64,000 nucleotides of DNA from Ilumatobacteraceae bacterium (lineage in GTDB: Bacteria; Actinomycetota; Acidimicrobiia; Acidimicrobiales; Ilumatobacteraceae), in contig CAVVFL010000016.1 of NCBI GenBank assembly GCA_963747375.1, positions 75,136 to 139,135 on the forward strand, in the 5' to 3' direction. Numbering within the stretch: the first letter of the stretch is position 1; each line of letters opens with the position of its first letter. The position numbers and the translations under genes were made by a program. Below the pieces are notes generated by a model. It made no database searches and was not told where the DNA came from. It worked only from the letters and a program-made list of their open reading frames with translations. Below are positions 10,974 through 21,136 of the stretch, piece after piece.

Positions 10974-12287
10974 ATGAGTGACCAGTGGGGATTCGAGACC
11001 AAGCAGATCCATGTCGGCGGCGAGCCCGATCCGACGACCGGTGCCCGGGCGGTGCCGATCTACCAGACGACGTCGTATGAGTTCCGCGACACCGAGCATG
11101 CGGCGAACCTCTTCGGATTGGCCGAGATCGGCAACATCTACACCCGCATCATGAACCCGACGCAGGCGGCGTTGGAAGCCCGTGTCAACGCACTCGAGGG
11201 TGGCTGCATCACCGCAGTCGGGCTCCCCGGCACGCTCGCCGTCGCCTCCGGACAGGCTGCCGAGACGCTGGCGCTGATGACGCTGTGCGAGTCCGGTGAC
11301 CATGTCGTCGCCTCGCCGTCGCTCTACGGCGGTACGTACAACCTGCTCCACTACACGATGCCCAAGTTCGGTGTCGAGGTCACCTTCGTCGACGACCCGC
11401 ACGACCTCGCCCAGTGGGAGGCTGCCATCAAGCCGAACACCAAGGTCTTCTACGGCGAGGTCATGCCGAACCCGAAGAACGACGTGCTCGACATCGAGGG
11501 GATTGCCGGCGTCGCCCACGCCAATGGCATCCCGCTCATGGTCGACAACACGGTGCCGACGCCGTACCTGATCCGTCCGCTCGAGTGGGGCGCCGACATC
11601 GTCGTGCACAGCCTCACCAAGTTCATGGGTGGCCACGGCACCTCGGTCGCCGGCGCCATCGTCGACGGCGGCACGTTCGACTACGCGGCCTCGGGTCGCT
11701 TCCCGAACTTCACCGAGCCCGATCCGAGCTACCACGGCCTCGCCTACTTCCCGGCCCTCGGCCACGGGGCATTCATCCTCAAGGCGCGCGTCCAGATGCT
11801 CCGCGACATGGGGCTGGCGATCTCGCCGTTCAATGCCTTCATGATCCTGCAGGGCATCGAGACCCTGAGCCTGCGAATGGAGCGTCATTTCGCCAATGCG
11901 CAGGTCGTCGGCGAATTCCTCGCAGCACACGACCAGGTCGAGTCGGTCAGCTACGCAGGACTGCCCTCGAGCCAGTGGCACGAGCGGGCGAAGCAGCTCG
12001 GTGGTGGCAAGGGATACGGCTCGGTGCTCGCCTTCGAGATCAAGGGTGGCCTCGAGGCGGGCAAGAAGTTCGTCGAAGGGGTCACGCTGCTCAGCCACGT
12101 CGCCAACATCGGTGACGTTCGAAGCTTGGTCATCCATCCGGCCAGCACCACACACTCGCAGCTGACACCCGAGGAGCAGGCGGCATCCGACGTGACTCCC
12201 GGCCTCGTGCGCCTGAGCGTCGGCCTCGAGTCGATCGACGACATCATCGCCGACCTCGAACAGGCCTTCGCAGCCGCCAAGGCCTGA
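10974..12287 (+). CDS. metY: O-acetylhomoserine/O-acetylserine sulfhydrylase (PLP-dependent)
   Basis: Intact 437 aa with MetY motifs: FETKQIHVG, PIYQTTSYEF, YTRIMNPT, SLTKFMGGHGTSVAG. Confidence 0.9.
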   Translation: MSDQWGFETKQIHVGGEPDPTTGARAVPIYQTTSYEFRDTEHAANLFGLAEIGNIYTRIMNPTQAALEARVNALEGGCITAVGLPGTLAVASGQAAETLALMTLCESGDHVVASPSLYGGTYNLLHYTMPKFGVEVTFVDDPHDLAQWEAAIKPNTKVFYGEVMPNPKNDVLDIEGIAGVAHANGIPLMVDNTVPTPYLIRPLEWGADIVVHSLTKFMGGHGTSVAGAIVDGGTFDYAASGRFPNFTEPDPSYHGLAYFPALGHGAFILKARVQMLRDMGLAISPFNAFMILQGIETLSLRMERHFANAQVVGEFLAAHDQVESVSYAGLPSSQWHERAKQLGGGKGYGSVLAFEIKGGLEAGKKFVEGVTLLSHVANIGDVRSLVIHPASTTHSQLTPEEQAASDVTPGLVRLSVGLESIDDIIADLEQAFAAAKA

Positions 12288-12294
12288 CGACATC

Positions 12295-12325
12295 GGTTAC
12301 GCCGGTGCCTGGCACCGGCGTAACC
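12295..12325. terminator. Perfect 15-bp-arm hairpin between convergent metY and the PAC2 gene (candidate bidirectional terminator)
   Basis: GGTTACGCCGGTGCC-t-GGCACCGGCGTAACC. There is no T-tract on either side. Confidence 0.45.
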
Positions 12326-12328
12326 TGC

Positions 12329-13189
12329 TCAGTCGTCGCGTTGGTTGCGGAGGAACTCCTCGAATTCGGCGCCCAGATCTTCGGCGGTCGGGATCTGAGC
12401 CTCCGCACGCCGATCGAACTCCGCTTCGAGCAGATTGACGTACATCCGCAACTGATCGTCGTGGGCGACGAGTTCGTCGTGGACGTCACGCCAGTTGTCG
12501 ATCTGATCGCTGAGATCGGTCGTGTTCGGCACGTCGAGCACATGGCTCAGATGGCGCACGAGCGCCTGAACGGCCTGGGGGTGCTCGGCGTTCATCAGGT
12601 AGTGGGGGATGCCCACGCGCAGCGAGATCGACGGGACGTTGCGGGCTTCCAGTTCTGCTTGGAGCACCCCGACCACGCCGGTCATGCCCTGGTACGACGG
12701 TGCCACCAGCCCGAGACGGCGCGCCAGCTCCGCATTGGCGGTGCTGCCGGTGACCGGCGGAGTGCGGGAGTGGGGAATCGCCTCGGCGCCCGAGCCGACG
12801 GTGACGATGGCCTCACAGCCGAGTGCCTCGGCGACGACGGTGATGGCACCGGTGTAGGTACGCCAGGCCATGTGGGGCTCGACGCCGATCAGTGCGACCA
12901 CGTCTCGATGGCCCGGATTGCGCTGGAGGACGAATTCGTTCGACGGCCACACGATCTCGCGGACGTCGTCGTCGATCGACACGTGTGGTCGCTGCTGCGT
13001 GAAGTCGTAGAACGGGTCGGGATCGATCTCACCGACGGTGACGGCATGTTCCGCACTGACGAACGCGTTGACGGCCTGGGTCGCCGCGCCTCCGACATCG
13101 AACCAGCCTTCGAGCCCGACGAGCATCACCGGACGATCGAGCGCGCCGATGTCGCCGGTACCGAATGCGAGAACGTCGGTGGGTTGCAT
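12329..13189 (-). CDS. PAC2 (proteasome assembly chaperone 2-like) family protein
   Basis: ATG at 13189 (MQPTDVLAFGTGD). The sequence LVGLEGWFDVGGAA...IGVEPHMAW...GMTGVVGVL is typical of actinobacterial PAC2 proteins. The upstream part of ORF 12329..13522 overlaps serC and is discarded. Confidence 0.75.
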   Translation of the reverse strand: MQPTDVLAFGTGDIGALDRPVMLVGLEGWFDVGGAATQAVNAFVSAEHAVTVGEIDPDPFYDFTQQRPHVSIDDDVREIVWPSNEFVLQRNPGHRDVVALIGVEPHMAWRTYTGAITVVAEALGCEAIVTVGSGAEAIPHSRTPPVTGSTANAELARRLGLVAPSYQGMTGVVGVLQAELEARNVPSISLRVGIPHYLMNAEHPQAVQALVRHLSHVLDVPNTTDLSDQIDNWRDVHDELVAHDDQLRMYVNLLEAEFDRRAEAQIPTAEDLGAEFEEFLRNQRDD

Positions 13190-13202
13190 CAGCTCGTCCT
13201 GG

Positions 13203-14351
13203 TCAACCGAGTGCCCCGACGACGTGGTCGATGCATCGGGTGAGCGCCTCGACATCGGACGGGTCGATCGCCGGGAACATGCCGACGCGCAACTGGTTGC
13301 GTCCGAGCTTTCGGTACGAGTCGGTGTCGAGAATGCCGTTGGCTCGCAGCGCCGCATTGACCGCCGTGGCGTCGATGCCGTCGTCGAGGTCGATCGTGCC
13401 CACGACGTTGGAACGCTTGGCGGGATCGGCCACGAACGGTGTGGCGTAGCTGCTGTCGTCGGCCCAACCGTAGAGCGTCGCCGCAGACTGAGCGCTCCGA
13501 TTCGCAGCGAAGTCCAGGCCACCGTTGTCGTTCATCCATGCGATCTGAGCGTCGAGCATCACGAGGGTGGCGACCGCCGGGGTGTTGTACGTCTGGTTGA
13601 GCTTGGAGTTGTCGAGCGCGATCTTGAGATCGAGCGATGCGGGCCGCCAGCGGTCGCTCGTCCCGATCGTCTCGATGCGTTCGACGGCAGCCGGGGAACA
13701 AGCTGCGAGCCAGAGGCCGCCGTCGGAGGCGAAGCACTTCTGCGGAGCGAAGTAGTAGACGTCGACCTCGTTCGGGTCCCAGATGAGCCCACCGGCCGCA
13801 GACGTGGCATCGACGGCGACGAGCGCGGTGTCGGCGCTCGTGCCAGCCGGGCGGGCCAACTCCATGGCCACACCGGTCGACGTCTCGTTGTGGGTGAGCG
13901 CGTAGAGGTCGATCCCGTCTTCGGCCGACGCCTCCGGATGCGAGCCGGTCTCGGACGCGATGACGCTCGGCTGACCGAGGTGGGGTGCGGCCGCCGATGC
14001 CTCGGCGAACTTCGAGGAGAACTCGCCGAACACGAGGTGCTGGCTGCGTTCTCGGATCAATCCGAACGTGGCGACGTCCCAGAACACCGTGGAGCCGCCG
14101 TTGCCGAGCACGATCTCCCAGCCGTCGGGCAGGCCGAACAGCGAGGTGAGCCCTGATCGGACGCTGCCGACGAGGTTCTTCACGGCGGGTTGGCGATGCG
14201 ACGTACCGAGCACCGTTTCCTGGGCGGCGACGACGGCGTCGATCTGCTCGGGACGAACCTTCGAGGGGCCACAACCGAAACGTCCGTCGGCGGGGAGCAG
14301 GTCGGCGGGAATCGAGATGGTGGCGGGGTCCGAACTCACGGTCCCCAGCAT
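13203..14351 (-). CDS. serC: Phosphoserine aminotransferase (actinobacterial type)
   Basis: ATG at 14351 ([36 protein letters not shown]). Also contains [18 protein letters not shown] and [16 protein letters not shown]. It lies inside the longer ORF 13203..14888. Confidence 0.85.
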   Translation of the reverse strand: MLGTVSSDPATISIPADLLPADGRFGCGPSKVRPEQIDAVVAAQETVLGTSHRQPAVKNLVGSVRSGLTSLFGLPDGWEIVLGNGGSTVFWDVATFGLIRERSQHLVFGEFSSKFAEASAAAPHLGQPSVIASETGSHPEASAEDGIDLYALTHNETSTGVAMELARPAGTSADTALVAVDATSAAGGLIWDPNEVDVYYFAPQKCFASDGGLWLAACSPAAVERIETIGTSDRWRPASLDLKIALDNSKLNQTYNTPAVATLVMLDAQIAWMNDNGGLDFAANRSAQSAATLYGWADDSSYATPFVADPAKRSNVVGTIDLDDGIDATAVNAALRANGILDTDSYRKLGRNQLRVGMFPAIDPSDVEALTRCIDHVVGALG

Positions 14352-14426
14352 GGCGCGTGCGCCGCGTCGATCCCACGCTGCGAATTGTCGTTGGGATGGA
14401 GGATTCCCTGTGGCAGGCTGACCGAC

Positions 14427-15621
14427 GTGAAGCGCACCTCCGAACGACTCGCCGCGATCGCCCCCTCTGCCACGTTGGCCGTCGATGCCAAGGCCAAGGC
14501 CCTCCAGGCCGCCGGCGAGAACGTCATCGGCTTCGGCGCCGGCGAACCGGACTTCCCGACGCCGGCTCACATCGTCGAGGCCGCCGTCGAGGCGTGCCGC
14601 GATCCGAAGAACCACCAGTACACGCCCGCCGGCGGGCTGCCAGAGTTGAAGCAGGCGATTGCGGCCAAGACGCTGCGCGACTCCGGCTTCGAATGCGCGC
14701 CCGTCGCAGGTACTGGTGACCAACGGCGGCAAGCACGCCGTGTACACCGCCTTTGCTGCGTTGTGCGATCCGGGCGACGAGGTCATCTGCCCGGCGCCGT
14801 ACTGGACCACGTACCCGGAGGCGATCACGCTCGCCGGTGGCGTCCCGGTCGTGATCGACACCGATGCGGCCAGCGGGTTCCAGGTCACGATCGAGCAGCT
14901 CGATGCGGCCTACACCACCCGTACGAAGGTGCTGCTGTTCGTGAGCCCCGACAACCCGTCCGGTTCGGTGTGTCCGCCCGACATGGTGAAGGCGATCGGC
15001 GAGTGGGCGGTCGATCACGGCGTGTGGGTGATCACCGACGAGATCTACGAGCACCTCACCTACGGCGACAACGTGTTCGCCTCGATGCCGACGCTCGTGC
15101 CCGAACTCGCGAACCAGTGCATCATCGTCAACGGTGTGGCCAAGACGTACGCGATGACCGGCTGGCGCGTCGGTTGGATGATCGGGCCAGACGACGTCGT
15201 CAAGGCTTCGACCAACTTCCAGAGCCACGCCACCTCGAATGTTGCCAACGTGTCGCAGCGTGCCGCGCTCGCGGCCGTGTCGGGTTCGCTCGACGACGTC
15301 GTGATGATGCGCACAGCGTTCGCCCGCCGGGCCCAGACGATGTGGACCAAGCTCAACGCGATCGACGGTGTCACCTGCCTCGAGCCACAGGGCGCGTTCT
15401 ACGCCTACCCCGACCTCACCGGTCTGCTCAACCGGCCGATCGACGGAGTGACGGCGACCAACACCTTGGAACTCGCTGATCTCGTGCTCGACAAGGCAAA
15501 GGTTGCCTTCGTGCCAGGCGAGGCGTTCGGCCTCGGCGGCTACGGCCGGTTCTCGTTCGCCCTCGGCGACGACGATCTCGCCGAAGGCATCGACCGTTTC
15601 GCCGCCCTCGTCAACGCCTGA
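14427..15621 (+). CDS. Aspartate/aromatic aminotransferase (class I); frame broken once near 14703
   Basis: The N-terminus ([19 protein letters not shown]...[15 protein letters not shown]) is in ORF 14190..15479. The rest ([13 protein letters not shown]...SPDNPSGSV...[16 protein letters not shown]) is in ORF 14659..15621. Confidence 0.85.
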
Positions 15622-15740
15622 CCCCACCCCACCCCACCCCGCCCACCACCGCCCCCACCCCGCCCACGCACCATCCTCCGAAATTCGGAGCGAGAGTTGC
15701 GCTGGGCGCAAGATCGGCTCCGAATTTCGGGTGGGTGTCA
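15622..15740. repeat. C-rich tract plus palindromic repeat, family 2, copy b
   Basis: 15622-15667 is CCCCACCCCACCCCACCCCGCCCACCACCGCCCCCACCCCGCCCAC. The core (15678-15730) is CCGAAATTCGGAGCGAGAGTTGCGC-tgg-GCGCAAGATCGGCTCCGAATTTCGG. The 3' flank is GTGGGTG. Confidence 0.8.
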
Positions 15741-15752
15741 GGGCGTTGTGAG

Positions 15753-16190
15753 TCAGGGAGTGGGTTCGGGGGGCGATTCGTACCGGGCCGCGATCGCCGC
15801 GATGCGGTCGGCGAGGATGGGGATGTCCGTGAGGAGCGGGACGAACAGGCTCGCCTCGATCGCTCCGATCACGGCGGCCGTCGTCGCCACGACGGTCGCG
15901 TTCCGGCGCACATCGTCGAGCACTGCGAGTTCGCCGAAGAAGCTACCCGGACCCGTGGTGGCGACGACCACGCCGTCTCGTTGGACGTCCAACTCTCCCT
16001 CGAGGACGAGGAGGAACTCGTGGCCCCACTGGCCCTGCTTGATGACGGTCTTGCCGGCCTTCACGGGCCGCTCGAGCACCGTGCCGGCGACCTCCTCCAG
16101 CTGATGACGTGTGAGCCCGGCGAACAACGACATGTTCGCGAGCTCGTCGGCGAGTCGGGCGGGAACGGAACGGTCGGCCATCGAGCGCAT
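15753..16190 (-). CDS. Stand-alone cyclic-nucleotide-binding (cNMP/CAP effector) domain protein
   Basis: Intact 145 aa. Contains LFAGLTRHQLEEVAG...VIKQGQWGHEFLLVLEGELDV...GPGSFFGELAVL...RNATVVA, with no DNA-binding or other output domain. Confidence 0.8.
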   Translation of the reverse strand: MRSMADRSVPARLADELANMSLFAGLTRHQLEEVAGTVLERPVKAGKTVIKQGQWGHEFLLVLEGELDVQRDGVVVATTGPGSFFGELAVLDDVRRNATVVATTAAVIGAIEASLFVPLLTDIPILADRIAAIAARYESPPEPTP

Positions 16191-16224
16191 CGTAGGTCAG
16201 CCGTGTTGTGGGTGCCGGCAGGCT

Positions 16225-16292
16225 CGACACCCCGAAATTCGGAGGCATTGTTGCGCTCAGCGCAACGTTCGCTCCGAATTTCCGGGTTGGGT
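16225..16292. repeat. Palindromic intergenic repeat, family 2, copy c
   Basis: The core (16232-16285) is CCGAAATTCGGAGGCATTGTTGCGC-tca-GCGCAACGTTCGCTCCGAATTTCCGG, followed by GTTGGG. Confidence 0.8.
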
Positions 16293-17238
16293 TCAGGTGG
16301 TGGGCGTGACGGCGGATTCGTGTTCGTGGAGTGGTTCGACGTGGACGAAGCGCACGGCGAGGAGATCGACGATCACCACGACCGCAGCGCCGATCACCAT
16401 GATCAGCAGGGGGACGACCACGTCGTCGCGCGGCAGCGTCATCGTGGTGGTGTTCGTACCGTTCGGCCACGGCCACAGCACCCGGGTCGAGCCGAGCATC
16501 AGGCCGATCATCGCTGCCAGCACCCAGCGGTGATACCGCTCGAGCAGCCAGTTGAGCAGGGTGGAGAACAGGGCGAGGCCGACGACGCAGCCGAGCATGA
16601 ACGCGATCAGCACCGTGAAGTCACGGTCGTTCACCGCCCCGAGCACCTCGGTGTACATGCCGAGCATCACGAGGATGAACGACCCGGAGATGCCGGGCAG
16701 GATCATGGCGCAGATCGCGATCGCTCCGGCGAGGAAGAACACCCACCACGGCTTGGTGACCGCCTCGACGGCGTTGTCGGCGACCTCGGTGTCGGAACGC
16801 AGGCCGAGGAGCAGGAACATCGTGGCGCCGATGCCCAACATGAGCGCGATCGAGATGCCGTCGACCTTGTCGAGCATCCGAAGCGCGACCCAGATCGAAC
16901 CGAGGATGAGTCCGAAGAACAGCGCCGACATCCGGATCGGTTCGTCGTGCAGGAGCGTCTCGATCACCGACGAGAGGGCGAGGATTGCCGGCGAAGATGC
17001 CGGCGAGCAGGGTGAAGAGCCAGACCCACTCGATGCGCTTGAAGGTGTCGACGCACCCGGCGACGTCGCGGGTCAGCAGCTGCTTGAGGCCGTGTGCGCC
17101 TTGGCTGATGTTGCGGATCAGCTGGTCGTAGATGCCCAGGACCAGCGCAACGGTGCCTCCGGAGACGCCGGGGACGATGTCGGCCGACCCCATCGTGAAT
17201 CCGCGGACGACCTGGGCAACGGGGGTGGGAATTCGCAC
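16293..17238 (-). CDS. DUF368-family membrane protein; frame broken once near 16985
   Basis: The N-terminus (GSADIVPGVSGGTVALVLGIY) is in ORF 16621..17238(-). The C-terminus (VIETLLHDE...ILPGISGSFILVMLGMY) is in ORF 16293..16967(-). The duplicated PGxSG motif is typical of DUF368. Confidence 0.8.
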
Positions 17239-17247
17239 GCAGCGAGG

Positions 17248-18246
17248 CTATCGACCGAACCATTCGTCGTACGTCGGGACCTCGGTGACACCGGCGCAGG
17301 CCATCGCCACGAGCGGGACGGCCGCCATCGCGCCCGAGCCCTCGCCCAGGCGCATGTCGAGGTCGAGCAGCGGACGCTTGCCGAGGCGTTCGAGCAGCTT
17401 GCGGTGGCCGGGTTCGGCGGAGCAGTGCCCCACGGTGCAGTGGTCGAGGGCCGCCGGGTTGACCATGACGAGGGGGAGCACCGCGGCGGTGACCACGTAG
17501 CCGTCGAGGACCACGGGGATCGAGCGGTGCCGGGCGGCGACGGTGGCTGCTGCGACGGCGACGAGTTCGGAGCCACCGAGCTCACGCAGGATCTCGATCG
17601 GGTCGACGATCCCGGCGATCCTGCGCACCGACTCCTGCACGGCCGCGCGCTTGCGGGCCAGGCCGTCGTCGTCGACGCCCGTGCCGCGACCGACCCACGC
17701 CGCGGTCTCGCCTCCGGCAAGCGCCGCAGCGATGGCTGCGGACGGCGTGGTGTTGCCGATGCCGATCTCACCGAGCACCAGGAGGTCGCAGTCGAGTTCG
17801 GCGACCGCCTGGAACGCGATGTCGACGATCTCGTCGAAGCGTTCGTCGGTCAGGGCCGGCTCGTGGCGGATGTCGCCGGTGGGTCGGCCGATGCCGACGT
17901 CGATGGCCGAGACGGTGGCACCGGCGATCTTGGCGAACGCCGCGATGGTGGAGCGTCCCTCGAGGTAGGCGTCGAACAGCGCCTGGGTGATGCCGGTCGG
18001 GTACGCACTCACCTTCGTCGCGGCCGCCACACCGTGGTCACCGGCGAAGATCAACGCGGCCGGGCGATCGACGGCCGGGGTGGCGGTCCGCTGCCATCCG
18101 GCGACCCACGCGGCGATCTCGTCGAGCCACGCGAGGGCCCCGCTCGGCCGCAGCAGATTCGCAGCCCGATCGTGCACGGCGTCGACCGCCGGCGTGTCGT
18201 TGTCCGGCAACACGGCCAGACGTTCACGGAGGTGTGGCGACAGCAT
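17248..18246 (-). CDS. cobT: Nicotinate-nucleotide--dimethylbenzimidazole phosphoribosyltransferase
   Basis: Intact 332 aa with CobT motifs: FAGDHGVAA, GEIGIGNTTPSAA, LDGYVVTAA, LDLDMRLGEGSGA. Confidence 0.9.
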   Translation of the reverse strand: MLSPHLRERLAVLPDNDTPAVDAVHDRAANLLRPSGALAWLDEIAAWVAGWQRTATPAVDRPAALIFAGDHGVAAATKVSAYPTGITQALFDAYLEGRSTIAAFAKIAGATVSAIDVGIGRPTGDIRHEPALTDERFDEIVDIAFQAVAELDCDLLVLGEIGIGNTTPSAAIAAALAGGETAAWVGRGTGVDDDGLARKRAAVQESVRRIAGIVDPIEILRELGGSELVAVAAATVAARHRSIPVVLDGYVVTAAVLPLVMVNPAALDHCTVGHCSAEPGHRKLLERLGKRPLLDLDMRLGEGSGAMAAVPLVAMACAGVTEVPTYDEWFGR

Positions 18247-18257
18247 GGCGTCTCGTC

Positions 18258-18863
18258 TCAGTAGTCGATGCCGCGCATCGCCCGGATGCCCTGCTGGTAC
18301 GCGTGCTTGACCTCGCGCATCTCGGTGACGGTGTCGGCGATCTCGATCAGCTCCGGCGCCGCGTCACGACCGGTGATGATCACGTTGACGTGGCGCGGCC
18401 GGTTCGTGATCGCCTCGACGATCTCGGCGACGTCGATCCATCCGAACGACGGGAGGTAGGTCAGCTCGTCGAAGATCACGAGTTGGTGGTCGCCGGCGTG
18501 CATCAGCTCAGCGGCTTTCGCCCAGCCTTCGGCGGCGTGCGCGCGATCGTTCGTGAGGTCGTCGGAGTCCCAGGTGAAGCCGTCGCCGAACGCGAACCAG
18601 TCGACACCGAGCTGACGCCCGATCTTCTCCTCGCCGACCTTCCAGTCACCCGACTTGATGAATTGCACCACCGCCACGTTCCAGTCACGGGCGACGGCGC
18701 GGATCATCATGCCGAACGCCGACGACGACTTCCCCTTGCCGTTGCCGGTGTTGACGACGACGAGTGAGTCCGCGCTGCGCAATCCGTCGGGTCGAGGGTC
18801 TTCGGTGGGGACGGTGTCGCCGATCGGTTCGTGGTCAGTCATGGGATTGGGGAGCGTACGCAC
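18258..18863 (-). CDS. cobO: Cob(I)yrinic acid a,c-diamide (corrinoid) adenosyltransferase
   Basis: Contains VVNTGNGKGKSSSAFGM...VVQFIK...LVIFDELTY...ITGRDAP...TEMREVKH. The start is GTG 18863 or ATG 18842. Confidence 0.85.
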   Translation of the reverse strand: MRTLPNPMTDHEPIGDTVPTEDPRPDGLRSADSLVVVNTGNGKGKSSSAFGMMIRAVARDWNVAVVQFIKSGDWKVGEEKIGRQLGVDWFAFGDGFTWDSDDLTNDRAHAAEGWAKAAELMHAGDHQLVIFDELTYLPSFGWIDVAEIVEAITNRPRHVNVIITGRDAAPELIEIADTVTEMREVKHAYQQGIRAMRGIDY

Positions 18864-18869
18864 GCAGCA

Positions 18870-19070
18870 CTACGATGTCGAACTGTCGCAGACGCAGCGA
18901 AGTCCGGTGAGAACCCGGCGCTGTCCCGCAACGGTGGTCTCCCAGCACACGCTGGAAGCGAGCCCGGTCGCCTGCCCTGTGACGCGACCATCACCCTCGA
19001 GGCAAGGGACGGCTCGCCGGTCGGTTCGCCGACCAGCACCCATCTTGTCCTCCAACTCCTTGGAGGCAAC
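18870..19070 (+). promoter_or_regulatory. Cobalamin riboswitch with an RBS-sequestering hairpin
   Basis: Conserved core GGTGAGAACCCGGCGCTGTCCCGCAACGGT (18906-18935) and a B12-box-like GAGCCCGGTCGCCTGCC (18960-18976). Downstream, CCTCCAA(ctcc)TTGGAGG (19049-19066) pairs the GGAGG Shine-Dalgarno sequence of the ATG at 19072. Confidence 0.75.
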
Positions 19071-19071
19071 C

Positions 19072-20035
19072 ATGAACACCCACTCCCGCCGGTTCAGCCG
19101 GCGAATGCTCGGCGCGGTCGTCGGGCTCGCTCTCGTCGCTGCAGCCTGTGGCTCCGATGACGCGTCGAGCGACGTCGCCGACACACTGCCGGCGACGACT
19201 CCGACATCGGTGGCCGACCAGACGACCGTCGTATCGGGCACCTCACCGAGCGACGGCATCGACCAGCGTGTCGTGTCGCTGAGCCCGACGCACACCGAGA
19301 TCATGTACGCCATCGGTGCCGGCGACCAGCTCGTGGCCGTCGACGAGTTCTCCGACTATCCGGCCGAGGCGCAGGGGCTCCCGAACGATCTGTCGGCCTT
19401 CGACAACAATGTCGAGGCGCTCGCCGCGTACGAGCCCGACCTGGTGCTCATCGGCGGCGACTTCAACGGCCTCGGCCCGCAGCTCGACACCCTCGGGATC
19501 GGCTGGTGGGATGGTCCGGCCGCGCTCACGATCGACGACACGTACCGTCAGATCGCGGAGCTCGGGGCAGCGACCGGCCACGAATCCGAGGCGGAGGCGC
19601 TTGATCGCGTCGATGCAGACCGAGATCGACGACATCGTCGCCGCGACGCCGATCCCGACCGAGCCACTCAGGTTCTTCCACGAGATCGACGACACGTTGT
19701 TCAGCGTCGACTCGACGACGTTCATCGGCGAGCTCTATGCGTTGCTCGGACTCGAGAACATTGCCGACAGTGCCGAAGGCAACTCGGGCGGGTACCCGCA
19801 GCTCAGCGCCGAGTTCATCGTGTCCGCCGACCCCGACCTCGTGTTCCTGGCCGACACCAAGTGCTGCGGCCAGTCGCTCGAAACGGTCGCCGCACGCCCG
19901 GGCTGGGGCGACCTCAGTGCCGTGCAGAGCGGCAACGTCGTCGGGCTCGACGACGACGTCGCGTCGCGGTGGGGTCCTCGGGTGGTCGACTTCCTCCAGT
20001 CGGTGTCCGATGCGGTGACGAACGCGGCGAGCTGA
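19072..20035 (+). CDS. ABC transporter periplasmic binding lipoprotein (BtuF/FhuD cluster; cobalamin/siderophore type); frame broken once near 19601
   Basis: Signal peptide plus lipobox (LALVAAACGS). VVSLSPTHTEIMYAIGAGDQLVAVDEFSDYP is in the frame of ORF 18655..21693. The C-terminal part (LIASMQTEIDDI...PDLVFLAD...VVGLDDDVASRWGPR) is in ORF 19316..20035. Confidence 0.8.
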
Positions 20036-21136
20036 TGGTGGCCGTGCCCGCCGGCGTGACGATGGCGGACGCCGTCGACGCGCGGGCGGGCACGCGATCC
20101 GGCAACGGTCGTTGGTATGCGATCGGAGCGGTGATCCTGGTGGTGTCGATCGTGGTGGGCGCCTCGATCGGCCCCGCCGGCCCGGCGTCGTGGCGAGTGC
20201 CGCTCGCGCTGCTCGATCACCTGCCGCTGATCTCGGTCGACTCGGGAGTCACCGACGCCCAGTGGAACATCGTGTGGCGCATCCGCATGCCGCGGGTGAT
20301 CCTGGCCGCGCTCGTCGGCGGCATGCTGTCGGTCGCCGGTGCGAGCTACCAGGGCGTGTTCCGAAATCCGCTGGTCGATCCCTACCTGCTCGGTGCGGCC
20401 GCAGGGGCGGGCCTCGGCGCCACGCTCGCGCTCACGACGGGGCGGGCGGTCACCATGTCGTGGCCGATCGATCCGGTGCCCACCTCCGCGTTCGTGTTCG
20501 CCGTGCTCACCGTGGCCGTCACCTACCTCGTCGGCGCATCGTTCAGCGGATCGTCGACCGGCTCGGGCCGATCGGGCGTCACACTGGTGCTGGCGGGCGT
20601 TGCGGTCGTCGCGTTCGTGACGGCGGTGCAGACGTTCCTCCTGCAGCGCAACCAGGATGTCGTGCGCGAGGTGTTCCAGTGGATCCTCGGCCGTCTGTCG
20701 GGTGCGACGTGGTCCGACGTGGTGTTGATACTTCCGTACGTCGCGGTGAGTTGCATCGTCTTGATGCTTCATCGTCGACATCTCGACGTGTTCCGCGTCG
20801 GCGACGACGAGGCCGCCGCGCTCGGGCGTGTCGGTGGGCCGGACACGTCTCGTGATCGTGATCGCCGCAACGCTGGGCACAGCGGCGGTGGTGTCGGTGA
20901 GCGGACTGATCGCGTTCGTCGGACTGGTGATCCCGCATGCCATCCGGCTGGTCGCCGGAGCGGGATATCGCCGACTCATCCCCTTGTCGATGCTGTTCGG
21001 CGCCGCGTTCCTGATCCTCGCCGACATCCCTGGCCGCATGCTGTCGAGCCCGGCGGAGACCCCGATCGGCGTGGTCACGGCGTTCCTCGGCGCACCCTTC
21101 TTCATCTATCTGCTGCGCACGCGACGGATCACCTGA
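20035..21136 (+). CDS. FecCD/BtuC-family ABC permease; frame broken once near 20827
   Basis: An ATGA overlap joins it to the upstream gene. Contains RMPRVILAALVGGMLSVAGASYQGVFRNPLVDPYLLG, then VSVGRTRLVIVIAATLGTAAVVSVSGLIAFVGLVIPH in ORF 20828..21136. Confidence 0.85.

Noticed and set aside
10841-16292. A CRISPR array formed by the repeated palindromic elements.
   Set aside because: The copies are kilobases apart and are separated by ordinary genes. They are not evenly spaced, they are imperfect, and there are no cas genes.
15622-16292. A composite transposon or MITE carrying the cNMP-binding gene.
   Set aside because: No transposase, integrase or recognisable target-site duplication is present. 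The flanking repeats are self-palindromic and also occur singly after other genes. Mobility is therefore kept only as a low-probability idea in the findings.
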